Source: Verrucomicrobiia bacterium (GTDB taxonomy: Bacteria; Verrucomicrobiota; Verrucomicrobiia; Limisphaerales; JADLHS01). From it: a stretch of 64,000 nucleotides of DNA. The position numbers and the translations under genes are program-made. Below, piece after piece: positions 18,803 to 29,700 of this stretch; within the stretch, counting starts at the first letter, position 1, and each line of letters starts with the position of its first letter. The DNA lies in contig DASUGI010000113.1 of the NCBI GenBank assembly GCA_036274115.1, positions 14,211 through 78,210 of the forward strand, given 5' to 3'. The notes beneath the pieces are model-generated. The model was not told the DNA's origin and searched no databases. It saw only the letters and a program-made list of their open reading frames with translations.

Positions 18803-19978
18803 ATGCCAACCTCGCTCACCATCTTCTTCGGGGTCATTTGCCTTCTGGCGTTGCATTTCTGGTGGCGTTGGCGGCTCGAACGCGAGCGGAAGTCCTGGCG
18901 TGCCGAGTTGGGGCGGCGTGAAAATCAGGAGATGGTGGCGGAAGCGGAAGGACGCGCGCGGCAGGATGCCCTGTTGGACAGCATGATTGAAGGCGTCCTC
19001 GTTCTGGACGAAACGAATCGCGTGCAGTTTGCCAACCGCGCCTTTGCCGAAATGTTTGCCACGACGGGTATGTTAAGTGGCAAGCCCGTGTTGGAGGCGG
19101 TTCGCACCCATGAAGTCGCGGAGATTGTTGAACAGACGAATCAGGGCGGCCGCGTCATTGATCATGAGATGAAACTGCCCGGCGACCCGGAACGGTGGTT
19201 GCAAGTCAATGCGGCGGCGATCACGAATGTGGATCGGCGGCGTCTGGGCACGGTGCTGGTCTTTCATGATTTAACGCGGATAAAGCGCCTGGAACGCACG
19301 CGCGAGGAGTTTGTTGGCAATGTCAGTCACGAGTTGAGGACCCCGCTGTCGTTGATCAAAGGTTACGCGGAAACGTTGCTGGATGGGGCGCAGGACAATC
19401 CGGAGGTCGCAACGAAATTTCTTCAGACGATCGATCGGAATGCCCGACGGTTGGATTTGCTCATTCAGGATTTGCTCACGATCTCCGCGCTGGAGTCGGG
19501 GCGGATTGCAATCAGCCGACAGCCGGTCGCGTTGCGGGCGGTGGTTGAGCGCGGATTTGCCGATATAAAGTCTCAGGCTGAGGCGCGCCGGGTGAAACTG
19601 GTGAATGAACTCCCGGATTTAACTGGGGAGGCCGATGAAACGCGAGTGGAGCAAGTAGTGGGCAATCTGCTTGAGAACGCTGTGAAGTACGGTCGTGAAG
19701 GCGGCACGGTGACGGTCGGTGGGCGGGCAGTGGCAAACAATCAACTGGAAATTTTTGTGCGGGACGATGGTCCCGGCATTCCGGCCGAGGCGCGCGAGCG
19801 AATCTTCCAAAGGTTTTACCGGCTGGACAAGGCCCGTTCCCGCGAGCAGGGCGGGACGGGGCTGGGTTTGGCCATTGTGAAGCACATTGTGCAGGCGCAC
19901 GGCGGCCGGGTTTGGGTGGAAAGCGAGCCCGGAAGGGGCGCGGCCTTTTTCTTTACCCTGCCGCAGCGCGCCAGTTAA
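18803..19978 (+). CDS. PAS-domain sensor histidine kinase (PhoR-like)
   Basis: N-terminal TM, PAS, EFVGNVSHELRTPLSLIKGYAETL, FYRLDKARSREQGGTGLGLAIVKH. Confidence 0.9.
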   Translation: MPTSLTIFFGVICLLALHFWWRWRLERERKSWRAELGRRENQEMVAEAEGRARQDALLDSMIEGVLVLDETNRVQFANRAFAEMFATTGMLSGKPVLEAVRTHEVAEIVEQTNQGGRVIDHEMKLPGDPERWLQVNAAAITNVDRRRLGTVLVFHDLTRIKRLERTREEFVGNVSHELRTPLSLIKGYAETLLDGAQDNPEVATKFLQTIDRNARRLDLLIQDLLTISALESGRIAISRQPVALRAVVERGFADIKSQAEARRVKLVNELPDLTGEADETRVEQVVGNLLENAVKYGREGGTVTVGGRAVANNQLEIFVRDDGPGIPAEARERIFQRFYRLDKARSREQGGTGLGLAIVKHIVQAHGGRVWVESEPGRGAAFFFTLPQRAS

Positions 19979-19992
19979 CGCGCGCCAGCGGA

Positions 19993-20385
19993 TCAGGGAT
20001 TGTCGCGCGTGCCGCCCGTGGCCGGTTGCGTCTGCGGTTGTTCCGCAGATTGGACCTGGTTGGCGTTTTCGTACACGGAGATGTTATTGATTACCTGTAG
20101 ATTGCCCTGGGTGTTACGGGCGATCTGCTCGGCAGCATTCTTCTGGTCCTGGCTTGAAACCCAGCCGCTAAGCTGGACCTTGCCGCCGTAGGTCGACACC
20201 CTTACGCCGTCAAACTTGTAGGTCGGCGCATCCTGAAGCGCTGTTTCCACTCGGTGGGTGATATTCTCATCATCCAGCATCCTTCCCGCGGTACGGCCGC
20301 CTTCTCCGGAGGTTCGGCAGCCCACGACGCTTAATGTTGCGGCCAGCAGCACTGGCAGCCCAAGTAACTTCAGATTTGTTTTCAT
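19993..20385 (-). CDS. BON-domain lipoprotein (OsmY-like)
   Basis: Lipobox LSVVGC; DDENITHRVETAL..GKVQLSGWV..VINNI. Confidence 0.85.
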   Translation of the reverse strand: MKTNLKLLGLPVLLAATLSVVGCRTSGEGGRTAGRMLDDENITHRVETALQDAPTYKFDGVRVSTYGGKVQLSGWVSSQDQKNAAEQIARNTQGNLQVINNISVYENANQVQSAEQPQTQPATGGTRDNP

Positions 20386-20468
20386 AGAATCATTTCCTGC
20401 TTGATGAAAGATGCGCTGCGAATTGTTGTCCCTTCCATAGGGCATATTACCCAAAATCAGTATGCGGC

Positions 20469-20987
20469 TCAGAAGCGCAAACGAACGCCGAAGCGCCAAA
20501 GGGCCAGATTGGGGCTGTCCTCCGGGAACACGCCACGAATGTCAATGAACACGCCCGTCATGCGGTTCAACCGGAACTCTGCGCCGCCGCCCACCTGGCC
20601 GGTCCATTGAGGTTCGTCATGAAATTGGCGACCAAACCCGATCAGGGCATAAGGTGCGAGCGACCACTTCTCAATCGGATAACGGGCGAGCGCACTGAAA
20701 TCAATGTGGTTGGGTAAATCCCAATCATCGATATACGTTTCCGCGCTCGCGCCGAAGTAGCGGGTGAAATAGTAATTCACTCCCGCACCAAGGCCGATGG
20801 TATCATCGTCGGCAAAATTCTCCCGATTGCGGGTAGCGCCAACGCCAAAGAGATCGAGGCTGAATTCTTTTGCATCAAACTTGCGGCCTCCCTCCGTGTA
20901 TTCGAACGAGTTTTGCATAGGGCCGCCGATTGCCGTGGAGGCGATCAGCAGCATCGAGGAAGCGAGAACGGTGAGTTTGTTATCCAT
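20469..20987 (-). CDS. Small outer-membrane beta-barrel protein
   Basis: Signal peptide; amphipathic strands (GLGAGVNYYF, LAPYALIGFG, GGGAEFRL); terminal Phe in GVRLRF. Confidence 0.8.
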   Translation of the reverse strand: MDNKLTVLASSMLLIASTAIGGPMQNSFEYTEGGRKFDAKEFSLDLFGVGATRNRENFADDDTIGLGAGVNYYFTRYFGASAETYIDDWDLPNHIDFSALARYPIEKWSLAPYALIGFGRQFHDEPQWTGQVGGGAEFRLNRMTGVFIDIRGVFPEDSPNLALWRFGVRLRF

Positions 20988-21155
20988 AGCCAATTTTTGC
21001 GTAACTTGGAATAGACAAAGAGATTTCCAAGTGGGGTAAGTGCCCCAAGGCGCCAGGCACAAATGCTCAATCCGTTTACGGCTTTGGCTGAAGCTTCGCG
21101 AGCGAAGCGGAAGAGAAATCGCGTCACGATTATGTCAAGCCGACGGTGGCGGACC

Positions 21156-22328
21156 CTAAGGCACGATGCCGTCGACTGAGAAGACCTGATGAAGAACGGC
21201 GCCGCTGCTCCCGCCAGTGGAGGTGCCACCTCCGGGAAGATGAATCCAGCCATTCACCAGAGCGGAACCGGTCACGCCGTGCACCGCGATCGGCAAGGGT
21301 TCAAGGCGATACCACCGATTCTGCGCGGGCACATACATCTCCATTTCATCAAAGACGCCATTAGGTCCCTCGCCGCCGAAGACAAAGAAATTGCCGTTCG
21401 CAGCGATGCCGTTGATTCCGCCGCGCGCTGTGGGCATGGGAACGCGGGTGCTCCATTGATTCAAAACGGGATCGAACACTTCAAGAATGTTCGTCATCGC
21501 GCTTTGGAATCCGGCAGCCAGTCGCCCGCCCACGACGTAAATCTTCCCATCAATGGCGCAGGCGGCGATGTGATTGCGCTGGGTCGGAAGGTTCGGAAGT
21601 ATTTGCCACGTGTTGCTGGTCGCATGGTAAACGGCAAAGTCATTTCCACGCGGGGGCCGACCGCCGGCAACATAGATGCGATCGCCTATCACGACCGCCG
21701 TGCCCGCGCTACGCGCCGTCGGCATGACCGCCCGATAGGTCCAGTTGCTGGTGACAGGATCGAATTCCTGAACGTTGTTGACGTAAGCTGAGCCCGTGTC
21801 GGTTTGCCCGCCAATGACATAAACTTTGCCGTTTGCGACCGCGGGCATCGGATGATTGACGCCCAACAGGAGTGGCGCACCCAGCCGCCAGGTATTCGAC
21901 ACCGAATCGTAAACCTGCACGGTGTTGACGGTCACTCGTGAGGCCGGATAGCCGCCGAGGACGTAGATTTTTCCATCCAACTCAGCGACTCCCATTTCGG
22001 AGTTGGCTTCAATCAGGTTGGCGCGTGTGCCCCAGCGACTGATGACCCGAAAGAATTGCCGCGTGTTGGTGGTCAGTATGCCATGGGGACTGCTTGCTTC
22101 GAGGACGTCTTGCCAGCCGCCGACTGCCACTGGTGATGATTGCAGTGTGCCGACGCCGGTCCAGGAAAGGAGGACGTTGCTGGAAGTCTTTGACAGCCTG
22201 GCTGGCCCATGAACATTTTGAGAGTTTGCCGGCAGGACGATCAACGCCATAAAGGCAACGAGCGTCAGGAGTCTGAGAAGACGGAAACGCGGGCTTTGTT
22301 GCGCGGGCATAACCGAGAGCGAAGGCAT
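21156..22328 (-). CDS. Secreted Kelch-repeat beta-propeller protein
   Basis: Signal peptide; six GKIYVxGG..Y/FDP..W repeats. Confidence 0.9.
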   Translation of the reverse strand: MPSLSVMPAQQSPRFRLLRLLTLVAFMALIVLPANSQNVHGPARLSKTSSNVLLSWTGVGTLQSSPVAVGGWQDVLEASSPHGILTTNTRQFFRVISRWGTRANLIEANSEMGVAELDGKIYVLGGYPASRVTVNTVQVYDSVSNTWRLGAPLLLGVNHPMPAVANGKVYVIGGQTDTGSAYVNNVQEFDPVTSNWTYRAVMPTARSAGTAVVIGDRIYVAGGRPPRGNDFAVYHATSNTWQILPNLPTQRNHIAACAIDGKIYVVGGRLAAGFQSAMTNILEVFDPVLNQWSTRVPMPTARGGINGIAANGNFFVFGGEGPNGVFDEMEMYVPAQNRWYRLEPLPIAVHGVTGSALVNGWIHLPGGGTSTGGSSGAVLHQVFSVDGIVP

Positions 22329-22442
22329 GCTTCCTTGTAAACCTGGAGCGACTAAAAATCCAGCCGCACGGTTTCGGGGACTGCTTGTGGCAACAAAAAT
22401 CCCGTCCCCCTGCGAAGGTGAACGGGATGATGGCGTTGAAAG

Positions 22443-22853
22443 TTACTTGGCGGCGGCTTCGCGCTTGGCAACCCAGTCGCGCGAACGGGGTTGACCATCG
22501 CGTTGAGTCTCTGACTTGCCGGTAATAGTGTCACCGCTGATTTTGCCCGTGTATTTGGTGACCACTTTGTTGCCTTGAAATTCGCGGGTGACCTGGAAGG
22601 ACACTTCGTCGCCCTTGATTTTGCCTTCTTCAATGGCGGTGTCGTTGTTGCGTCCGGAAACGGTGCCGGTCACCTTTTCGCCTTCGACTTTGAGCTTGAA
22701 GGTGGTTTCGCGCACCTGGCCGTTCTGGTTGGTGTTACTCGATTTCCATGTGCCGTTCAGGTCAGGTTTTTTATCCTGAGCACTTGCGGTGACGGCGAGC
22801 ATCAGGAGCGCGCACGCGGTGAGTTGGAGGATGGATTTGAGAGTTCGTTGCAT
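22443..22853 (-). CDS. Secreted hypothetical beta-rich protein
   Basis: Signal MQRTLKSILQLTACALLMLAVTASA; LNGTWK..FKLKVEGEKVTGTV..YTGKISGDTITGK. Confidence 0.75.
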   Translation of the reverse strand: MQRTLKSILQLTACALLMLAVTASAQDKKPDLNGTWKSSNTNQNGQVRETTFKLKVEGEKVTGTVSGRNNDTAIEEGKIKGDEVSFQVTREFQGNKVVTKYTGKISGDTITGKSETQRDGQPRSRDWVAKREAAAK

Positions 22854-23169
22854 ATGTTTGGTAGTTTTGTTGTTAATGGGACAGTGCCTTTGACGGCGTT
22901 TAAATGGGGACATTCAATGCTTCCTTTAGGCAACGGTAGCGGTTTTGTCGAGCTTCTTTCGGGAAGTGATGGTCCACAAATTGCGCACGAAAGCCCGGGG
23001 GAATAATTGAGACCAGCGGTGCACAAAGTAGTTGCATTTGAAGAAACCGAGTGCATGGTGCGTCGAGAATTCGGCGAATTTGTTGTGGTGCCAAATTTCA
23101 AGGAGCAGGGCGAACTTTCCTCACATGAGATCTCACTGACGAGAGCCTGGCCCTGAAGCGGAAGACGTA

Positions 23170-23607
23170 ATGCGTATGGAGAGCAAATCAAAGCTGGGCA
23201 AAGTGCTGGCGTATCAGAACGTGGGCTTCCTGGTAATTATCTCGCTCGGGTTTCTGGATGAACTGACAAGGCTGTCGTCGCTGCTGTTTGGGGAGGCGCG
23301 TTGGGAGTTTCGCAAATCCACATTGGGGATGTTGATGGTGCTGGCTGTCTGGTTTCTGGTGAGCATGTCCACTCGGCGCATTCTGGACCGGCTTCGTTAC
23401 CTGGAGAAGTTCATGCGCGTTTGCGCGTGGTGTCATAATATCGACTATAAGGGACAATGGATGCCCTTGGAGCGCTTCCTTCAACAAGGCTTCGATACGC
23501 CGACCACACACGGCATTTGCCCCAAGTGTTTGGCCGAACAAAAGGCAGCCATCGAGCGGGGCCGCCGGTCACAGGCCGAAGCCTCATTAAAGACCGCAAG
23601 TTCCTAG
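23170..23607 (+). CDS. Two-TM membrane protein with C-terminal CxxC..HGxCxxC domain
   Basis: Two hydrophobic segments, then VCAWC..W..THGICPKC. Confidence 0.7.
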   Translation: MRMESKSKLGKVLAYQNVGFLVIISLGFLDELTRLSSLLFGEARWEFRKSTLGMLMVLAVWFLVSMSTRRILDRLRYLEKFMRVCAWCHNIDYKGQWMPLERFLQQGFDTPTTHGICPKCLAEQKAAIERGRRSQAEASLKTASS

Positions 23608-23722
23608 GGCGTTGGTTGTTCAAGAGATTTTTCGACAGGGCGCCTCCCATATTTTGGGGACTCGCCTGAAGTCCCGTTTCCTGCCAGAATAAGGCGTGAT
23701 TTTCCCGGGAATTCGCACAGGG

Positions 23723-26700
23723 ATGCGGCTCGCGTTCTTATACTGTTTTCTGGCGGTATCGACGGTGCATGCGCAATTGCGCATCACTGAATTCATGGCT
23801 TCGAACGCCAGCACTCTGGCGGATGAGGATGGTTCGTACGAAGACTGGATTGAAATCCAGAACAACTCTCCGATCGCGGTTAATCTCCTGGATTGGTCGC
23901 TGACCGATGACGATGGGGACCTGACCAAATGGAGGTTCCCCGCCACCAATCTGCCGCCGGGCCAGTTCCTGATTGTTTTCGCTTCTGACAAGAATCGCCG
24001 CAATCCCGGAGCGCCGTTGCACACCAACTTCAAGCTGGGCGCCGACGGTGAATATCTTGCCCTGGTGGATCCCATGGGAACGATCGTGACACAATTCGCA
24101 CCCGAGTTTCCGGCGCAAGTGACCGGTGTTTCGTACGGACTCGCTTCAGTTGCGAGCAATGTGACCCTGGTCGCCACCGGCGCGACGGCGCAGGTTCTGG
24201 TACCTTCCATCGCGAATGGCGGAAGCGTTCTAAACTATAATTGGACTGGCGCCACGACGAATGAACCGTTCAACGCGTCCTCCTGGAGCAGCGGTGCGAC
24301 GGGTGTGGGTTTTGGGACGGCGGATGTCGGGCTGAACGTTCAGGCGTCGATGCTGAACAATAATGCATCGGCCTTTATGCGGCTGCCTTTCGTGCTAAGT
24401 GATCCGACGAATGTTTCGTTGCTGACGCTTCGATTGAAATATGATGACGGCTTTGTGGCGGGGATCAACGGAGTCGAATTGGCCAGGGCCAACGCACCCG
24501 TCGAGGATCTTGACTGGAACTCTGTGGCAACAGCGGGGCACGGCGCAGGCACTTTCGAGAGCATGTCGCTGGGCGTCCCGACCAACATGCTGCGGGCCGG
24601 CACGAATATTTTGGCGATCCAGGGACTGAACGTGGCAGCGACAGACACTTCGTTTCTCATTTTGCCAGAGCTGATCGGGACGATGATCGCCGGGGAAAGC
24701 ACCAGTGGGCTTTACTTTACGCAGCCGACTCCGGGAACTGAAAACCTGGGTGGCGCCACGATGCCCGGGCCTGGAATCGCCAATGTCACGCACACGCCAT
24801 ACCTTCCGCTCGACAACGACAATCTCGTGATTACCGCCAAGGTCTTTGCAACGGCCAATCCCCTGGCAAGCGTGACGCTTTTTTACCGGGTGATGTTTGT
24901 CTCGGAAGTCGGCGTGCCGATGTTCGATGATGGCCTCCATGGTGATGGGGCTGCGGGGGATGGTGTTTACGGCGCAACTATTCCGGCGAGTGCCAGCACG
25001 AACGGGCAGATGGTGCGCTATTACATTCGTGCTCAGGACAATGTCGGCAATGTCTCTCGTCTGCCGGTATTTACTGATCCAGCGAGCACGGCGCAATATT
25101 TTGGGACGGTGGTGAACCCCAACTACGTCGCCAGCGCGCTGCCAGTCGTTCATTTGTTCGCTCCGGCCACGGTCCTGCAACCGGGCCCGACCACGACGCA
25201 AACCGGCGCGGATTCGAATGCGGGCGGGCGCATTTCCCTCTATTTCGACGGCGAGTTCTATGACAACGTGTTCATGTTCCTTCGCGGTAACACGACTGCC
25301 GGTTACAACAAGAAATCCCACCGCATCCGTTTCAATGACGAGCACAAGTTCCGGAATCGGGAGACGGGCGAAAGGCTGAAGAATACGTCGTTCGTGGCCG
25401 ATTATCCGGACCCGACTTACATGCGACAGGGACTGAGCTATTGGCTTTGCAATGAAATCGGCGCGTCGGGTCCGCTGTACGCGCCCTACCGGCTTCAGCT
25501 CAACGGGCAGTTCTATCAACTCGCAAATCACAATGACGTGCACGGCGAGGAATTGCTCGAGCGCCTTGGCTACGATCCGAACGGCGCTCTCTATAATGCG
25601 GCGGGAACGATTCAGCCCGGCGGCAGCAGCACTGGCGGCTTTGAAAAGAAAACCCGCCGTTGGGAAGGCAACACGGATTACGTTCAGCTTGCAAATGCCA
25701 TTTCCGAGTCACTCACTGTCGCCCAGCGCCGCACCAATATTTTCGACCGACTCGATTTGCCACAAGTGATCAGCTACATGGTGGCCGCTCGTTTTGTTCA
25801 CGAGAACGATGACGTCTGGGCGAACATGAGCATCTACCACGACAACGATGGCGATGATCTCTGGCGCATCATTCCGTTTGACATGAATCTCTCCTGGGGG
25901 GCGGCGTTCATGGATTCAGCCGAATACAGCGGCATTCAAGCAACGAACGACAATCTCAAGAGCTTTCCCCTCTATGGATCTTCCCAGGCGATACCGTCCA
26001 GCGGTGGGGGGAACTGGAACCGCCTTTACGACGTCATTTTCAGTGTCCCGCAAACACGCGAGATGTTTTTGCGGCGCATGCGCACCGTGCTGGATGAGTA
26101 CGTGAAAGCTCCCGGAACGGTCACCAGCAACACGCCAGTTTATCAAAAAGTGGTGGCATGGCGGAATCTGATTGCGACTGACGCGTCGTTTGACCGCGCG
26201 TGGTGGGGATGGCCGGGCAAGGGAGGGCAATGCAACTTCGATCCGGGAATTAATCTCGCCAACGGCGTTACCAGCCTGCTCACGGATTTTCTCGATAATC
26301 GGCGGCGGCACTTTTATGGGAAGCACTCCGTGACGAACACCGCCCTGCCGACCGGGATTCATAAAAGCACGAAAGCCGGGATTCCGCTCGCCCAGCCCAC
26401 CAATGCCGTGCTTTCCATCGTTGCCTGGGACTACAATCCGCTTTCCGGCAATCAGGACCACGAGTATGTGCAATTGACGAACTCCAATAATTACGCCGTG
26501 GACATTTCGGATTGGGAGATGAATGGCGGCATTTACTTCAAATTCAAGAAAGGCACCGTCGTGCCGGCGAACAGCTCCATTTATGTGTCGCCAAACGTCC
26601 GGAGCTTTCGTTCCCGAACCACCGGTCCTCGCGGCGGACAAGCACTGTTTGTTGTCGGACCTTACGAAGGGCATTTGAATGCCTGGGGTGAATCCCTGGT

Positions 26701-29700
26701 GCTCAACGATGCCGCGGGTCGCGGTGTTACCACGAATACTTTTACCGGCAATCCGTCATTGGCCCAGCGTTATTTGCGCGTCACGGAAATCATGTACAAC
26801 CCGTCGCCCCTGCCGGCGGTCAACGGCGACGCGCAGCAGTTCGAGTACATCGAACTTAAGAATATTTCCACGGACACTTCTTTGAACCTTGCCGGCGTGC
26901 GTTTCACGAACGGGATCTATTTCAACTTTAGCGGCAGCGCCGTCACGAGTCTTGCCCCCGGGCAGACGGTGTTGGTGGTCCGAAACCAGGCGGCGTTTAC
27001 GGCGCGATTTGGCCCTGGCTTCAGCATTGCGGGTCAATACTCAGGCGCGCTCAACAACGGCGGTGAACTGCTGCGATTGGAAGACGCCGTGGGCGAGAAG
27101 ATTCTGGAGTTTGAGTACAACAACAGTTGGTATCCGCTTACCGATGGACTGGGTTTTTCGCTGGTTATCGTGGATGCGAATGCTCCCTGGGATTCCTGGG
27201 GACAAAAGAGCAGTTGGCGGGCGAGCACGCTGAATGGCTCGCCCGGCATTACTGATCCCCTTCCGCTCGCAATCGCCCCAATCGTCGTCAGTGAAGTGCT
27301 CACGCACACGGATTTCCCGCAGTTGGACTCCGTGGAGTTGCATAATCCCACCGGGACGAACGTGAACATCGGTGGCTGGTTTCTTACGGACGATTTTTAC
27401 GCGCCGAAGAAATACCGCATACCCACCAACACCATCATCCCGCCGAACGGGTATCTGGTGTTCAATGAAAATCAGTTCAACGTCGGAGCGAATGCGTTTC
27501 GGTTCAACGAGCATGGCGAGTTCGTTTATCTGTTCTCTGGTGATTCGGCCACCAATCTGTCGGGCTATGTCCACGGTTATGAGTTTGGTGAGGCTCCCAA
27601 CGGAGTGAGCTTTGGCCGTTACACCAACAGCCAGGGCGATGTGCAATTCGTGCTTCAGAGGGCCATCACCCTGGGAACGAACAACGCGTATCCCAGAGTC
27701 GGTCCGGTTGTCATGTCGGAAATCATGTACCGACCGCCCGATACAAATGGTTCCAACAACGACCTCGATGAGTTTATTGAACTGCAGAATATCACGGTCA
27801 CCAACGTGCCGCTGTACTCTGTTGCCGCCCCCACCAACACGTGGCGGTTGCGCAATGCCGTGGACTTTGATTTCCCGTCCAGTCAAACCCTGGCTGCCGG
27901 GGCGCGCTTGCTCGTCGTCGGATTTCACCCCACGAACACGACTCAGCTTGCGGCCTTCCGCTCGAGGTACGGCGTTTCCAACACGGTTCCCATTTTTGGG
28001 CCTTGGTCCGGGACGCTGAACAATTCCGGCGAAACCATTGAACTGAAACAACCGGACACGCCGGACGAAGCGACCGGTTTCGTTCCATTCATCATGATTG
28101 ACAAGGTCGCGTATCGTCGGGACGCGCCGTGGCCGGCAGGCGCGGACGGCATCGGCAATTCGCTTCAACGTGTCAACCACGCGGGATTTGGGAACGATCC
28201 CACCAACTGGTTTGCCGCTGGTATTACGGCGGGGCGGGCAACCCTTCCCAACGTTGCACCCGCAGTGTTGATTCTCTCGCCAGCGTCCGGCCAGGTTATC
28301 AACGGATCGAACCTCCTAGTCTCAGTCACCGCGGACGATCCGGACGGAAGTGTTACGCTCGTTGAGTTGTTTGCAAACGACGCGCTGATTGGCCAGTGGT
28401 CAGCGACCACCACAAACTTCAATTGGATGGGTGTTTCCTCGGGCACATACGAGTTGCGCGCGCGCGCGGTTGACAATCTCGGGGCGGTGAGCGTCTCCAC
28501 CAACGTTTCGATTACCATGTTAGCGCCACCGCCGGTGGTGACACTGCTTTCACCGACCGACAATGCCGTTGTCGTTTCGGGTGCCACCACCAACTTGTCC
28601 GCGACGGCTACAAGCGGAGGCGGCAGCGCCGCGTTGGTGAACTATTTTGTGGACGGCAACTTGATCGGCGGTGTGAGTGAACCGTTCGTCTTGCCGTGGA
28701 CGGCGGGCTCGCCCGGATACCACACCATTTCTGCCATCGCTTACGATAACCTGGGACAACCCAGCAGCGCGGTTTCCAATGTCGTCTTTGTTCAAGCCGT
28801 TGCCATCAATCCGGTGCTGATTGCGGCCAGCTCTGAGTGGCGTTATCTCGACAACGGCGTGGATCAGGGAACGAGTTGGCTGCAACCTTTGCTTGTGGAC
28901 ACCACTTGGAAAACGGGGGCAGCGAAATTCGGGTTCAACAACAACGGAAACTCCGGCATCGCAACGGTGCTGAGCTACGGCCCGGACAGCGGCAATCGCT
29001 ATCGGACCTACTATTTCCGTCGCCCGTTTGTGATACCGACCCTGAGTGGAATGACCAATCTGCTTTTGGAAGTGCAGCGGGATGATGGCGTGGCGCTGTA
29101 TTTGAATGGCGCAAACTTGTATCGCAATAACCTTCCCGCCGGTACGCTGACGTATTCTCAACTGGCTACCAACGCCACGGACAACGGCAACACCTGGCAA
29201 TCCGCGATGCTGCCGCTGACGGGCCTGGTCGTCGGAACAAACCTCCTGGCGGCGGAAGTGCACCAATCCAGCGCCAGCAGCAGCGATAGCGCTTTCGATC
29301 TGAGACTCACCTTGCTGGGATATAACCTCGGTCCGGCATTGTTGGTGCAGCTCACCAATGCTTCGGTTGCTGCTGGAGGAAATGTAACTTTTACTGTCAC
29401 TGCGACGGGCAGCGCGCCTTTGTCTTATCGGTGGTACTTCAACAATGTTGCGCAATCCAGCGTCACGAATTCGCTCACGATCGCGAACGCCCAGGCATCC
29501 GATGTTGGCAACTACTACGTGGTGGTATCGAACACCATTGGCGTCGTCACCAGCCGCGTTGCGACGCTCACACTGGCGAGTGCGGACACTGACGGCGACG
29601 GCATGCCAGACGAATGGGAATTAGCGAATGGCACCAATCCCGGTGCGAACGATGGTGGCGCCGATCCGGATGGCGATGGTCATTCCAATTTGCGCGAATA

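Noticed and set aside
22396..22430. Hairpin ATCCCGT..ACGGGAT as an intrinsic terminator
   Set aside because: Plausible for the minus-strand gene, but the stem is interrupted and the loop long; too weak to call
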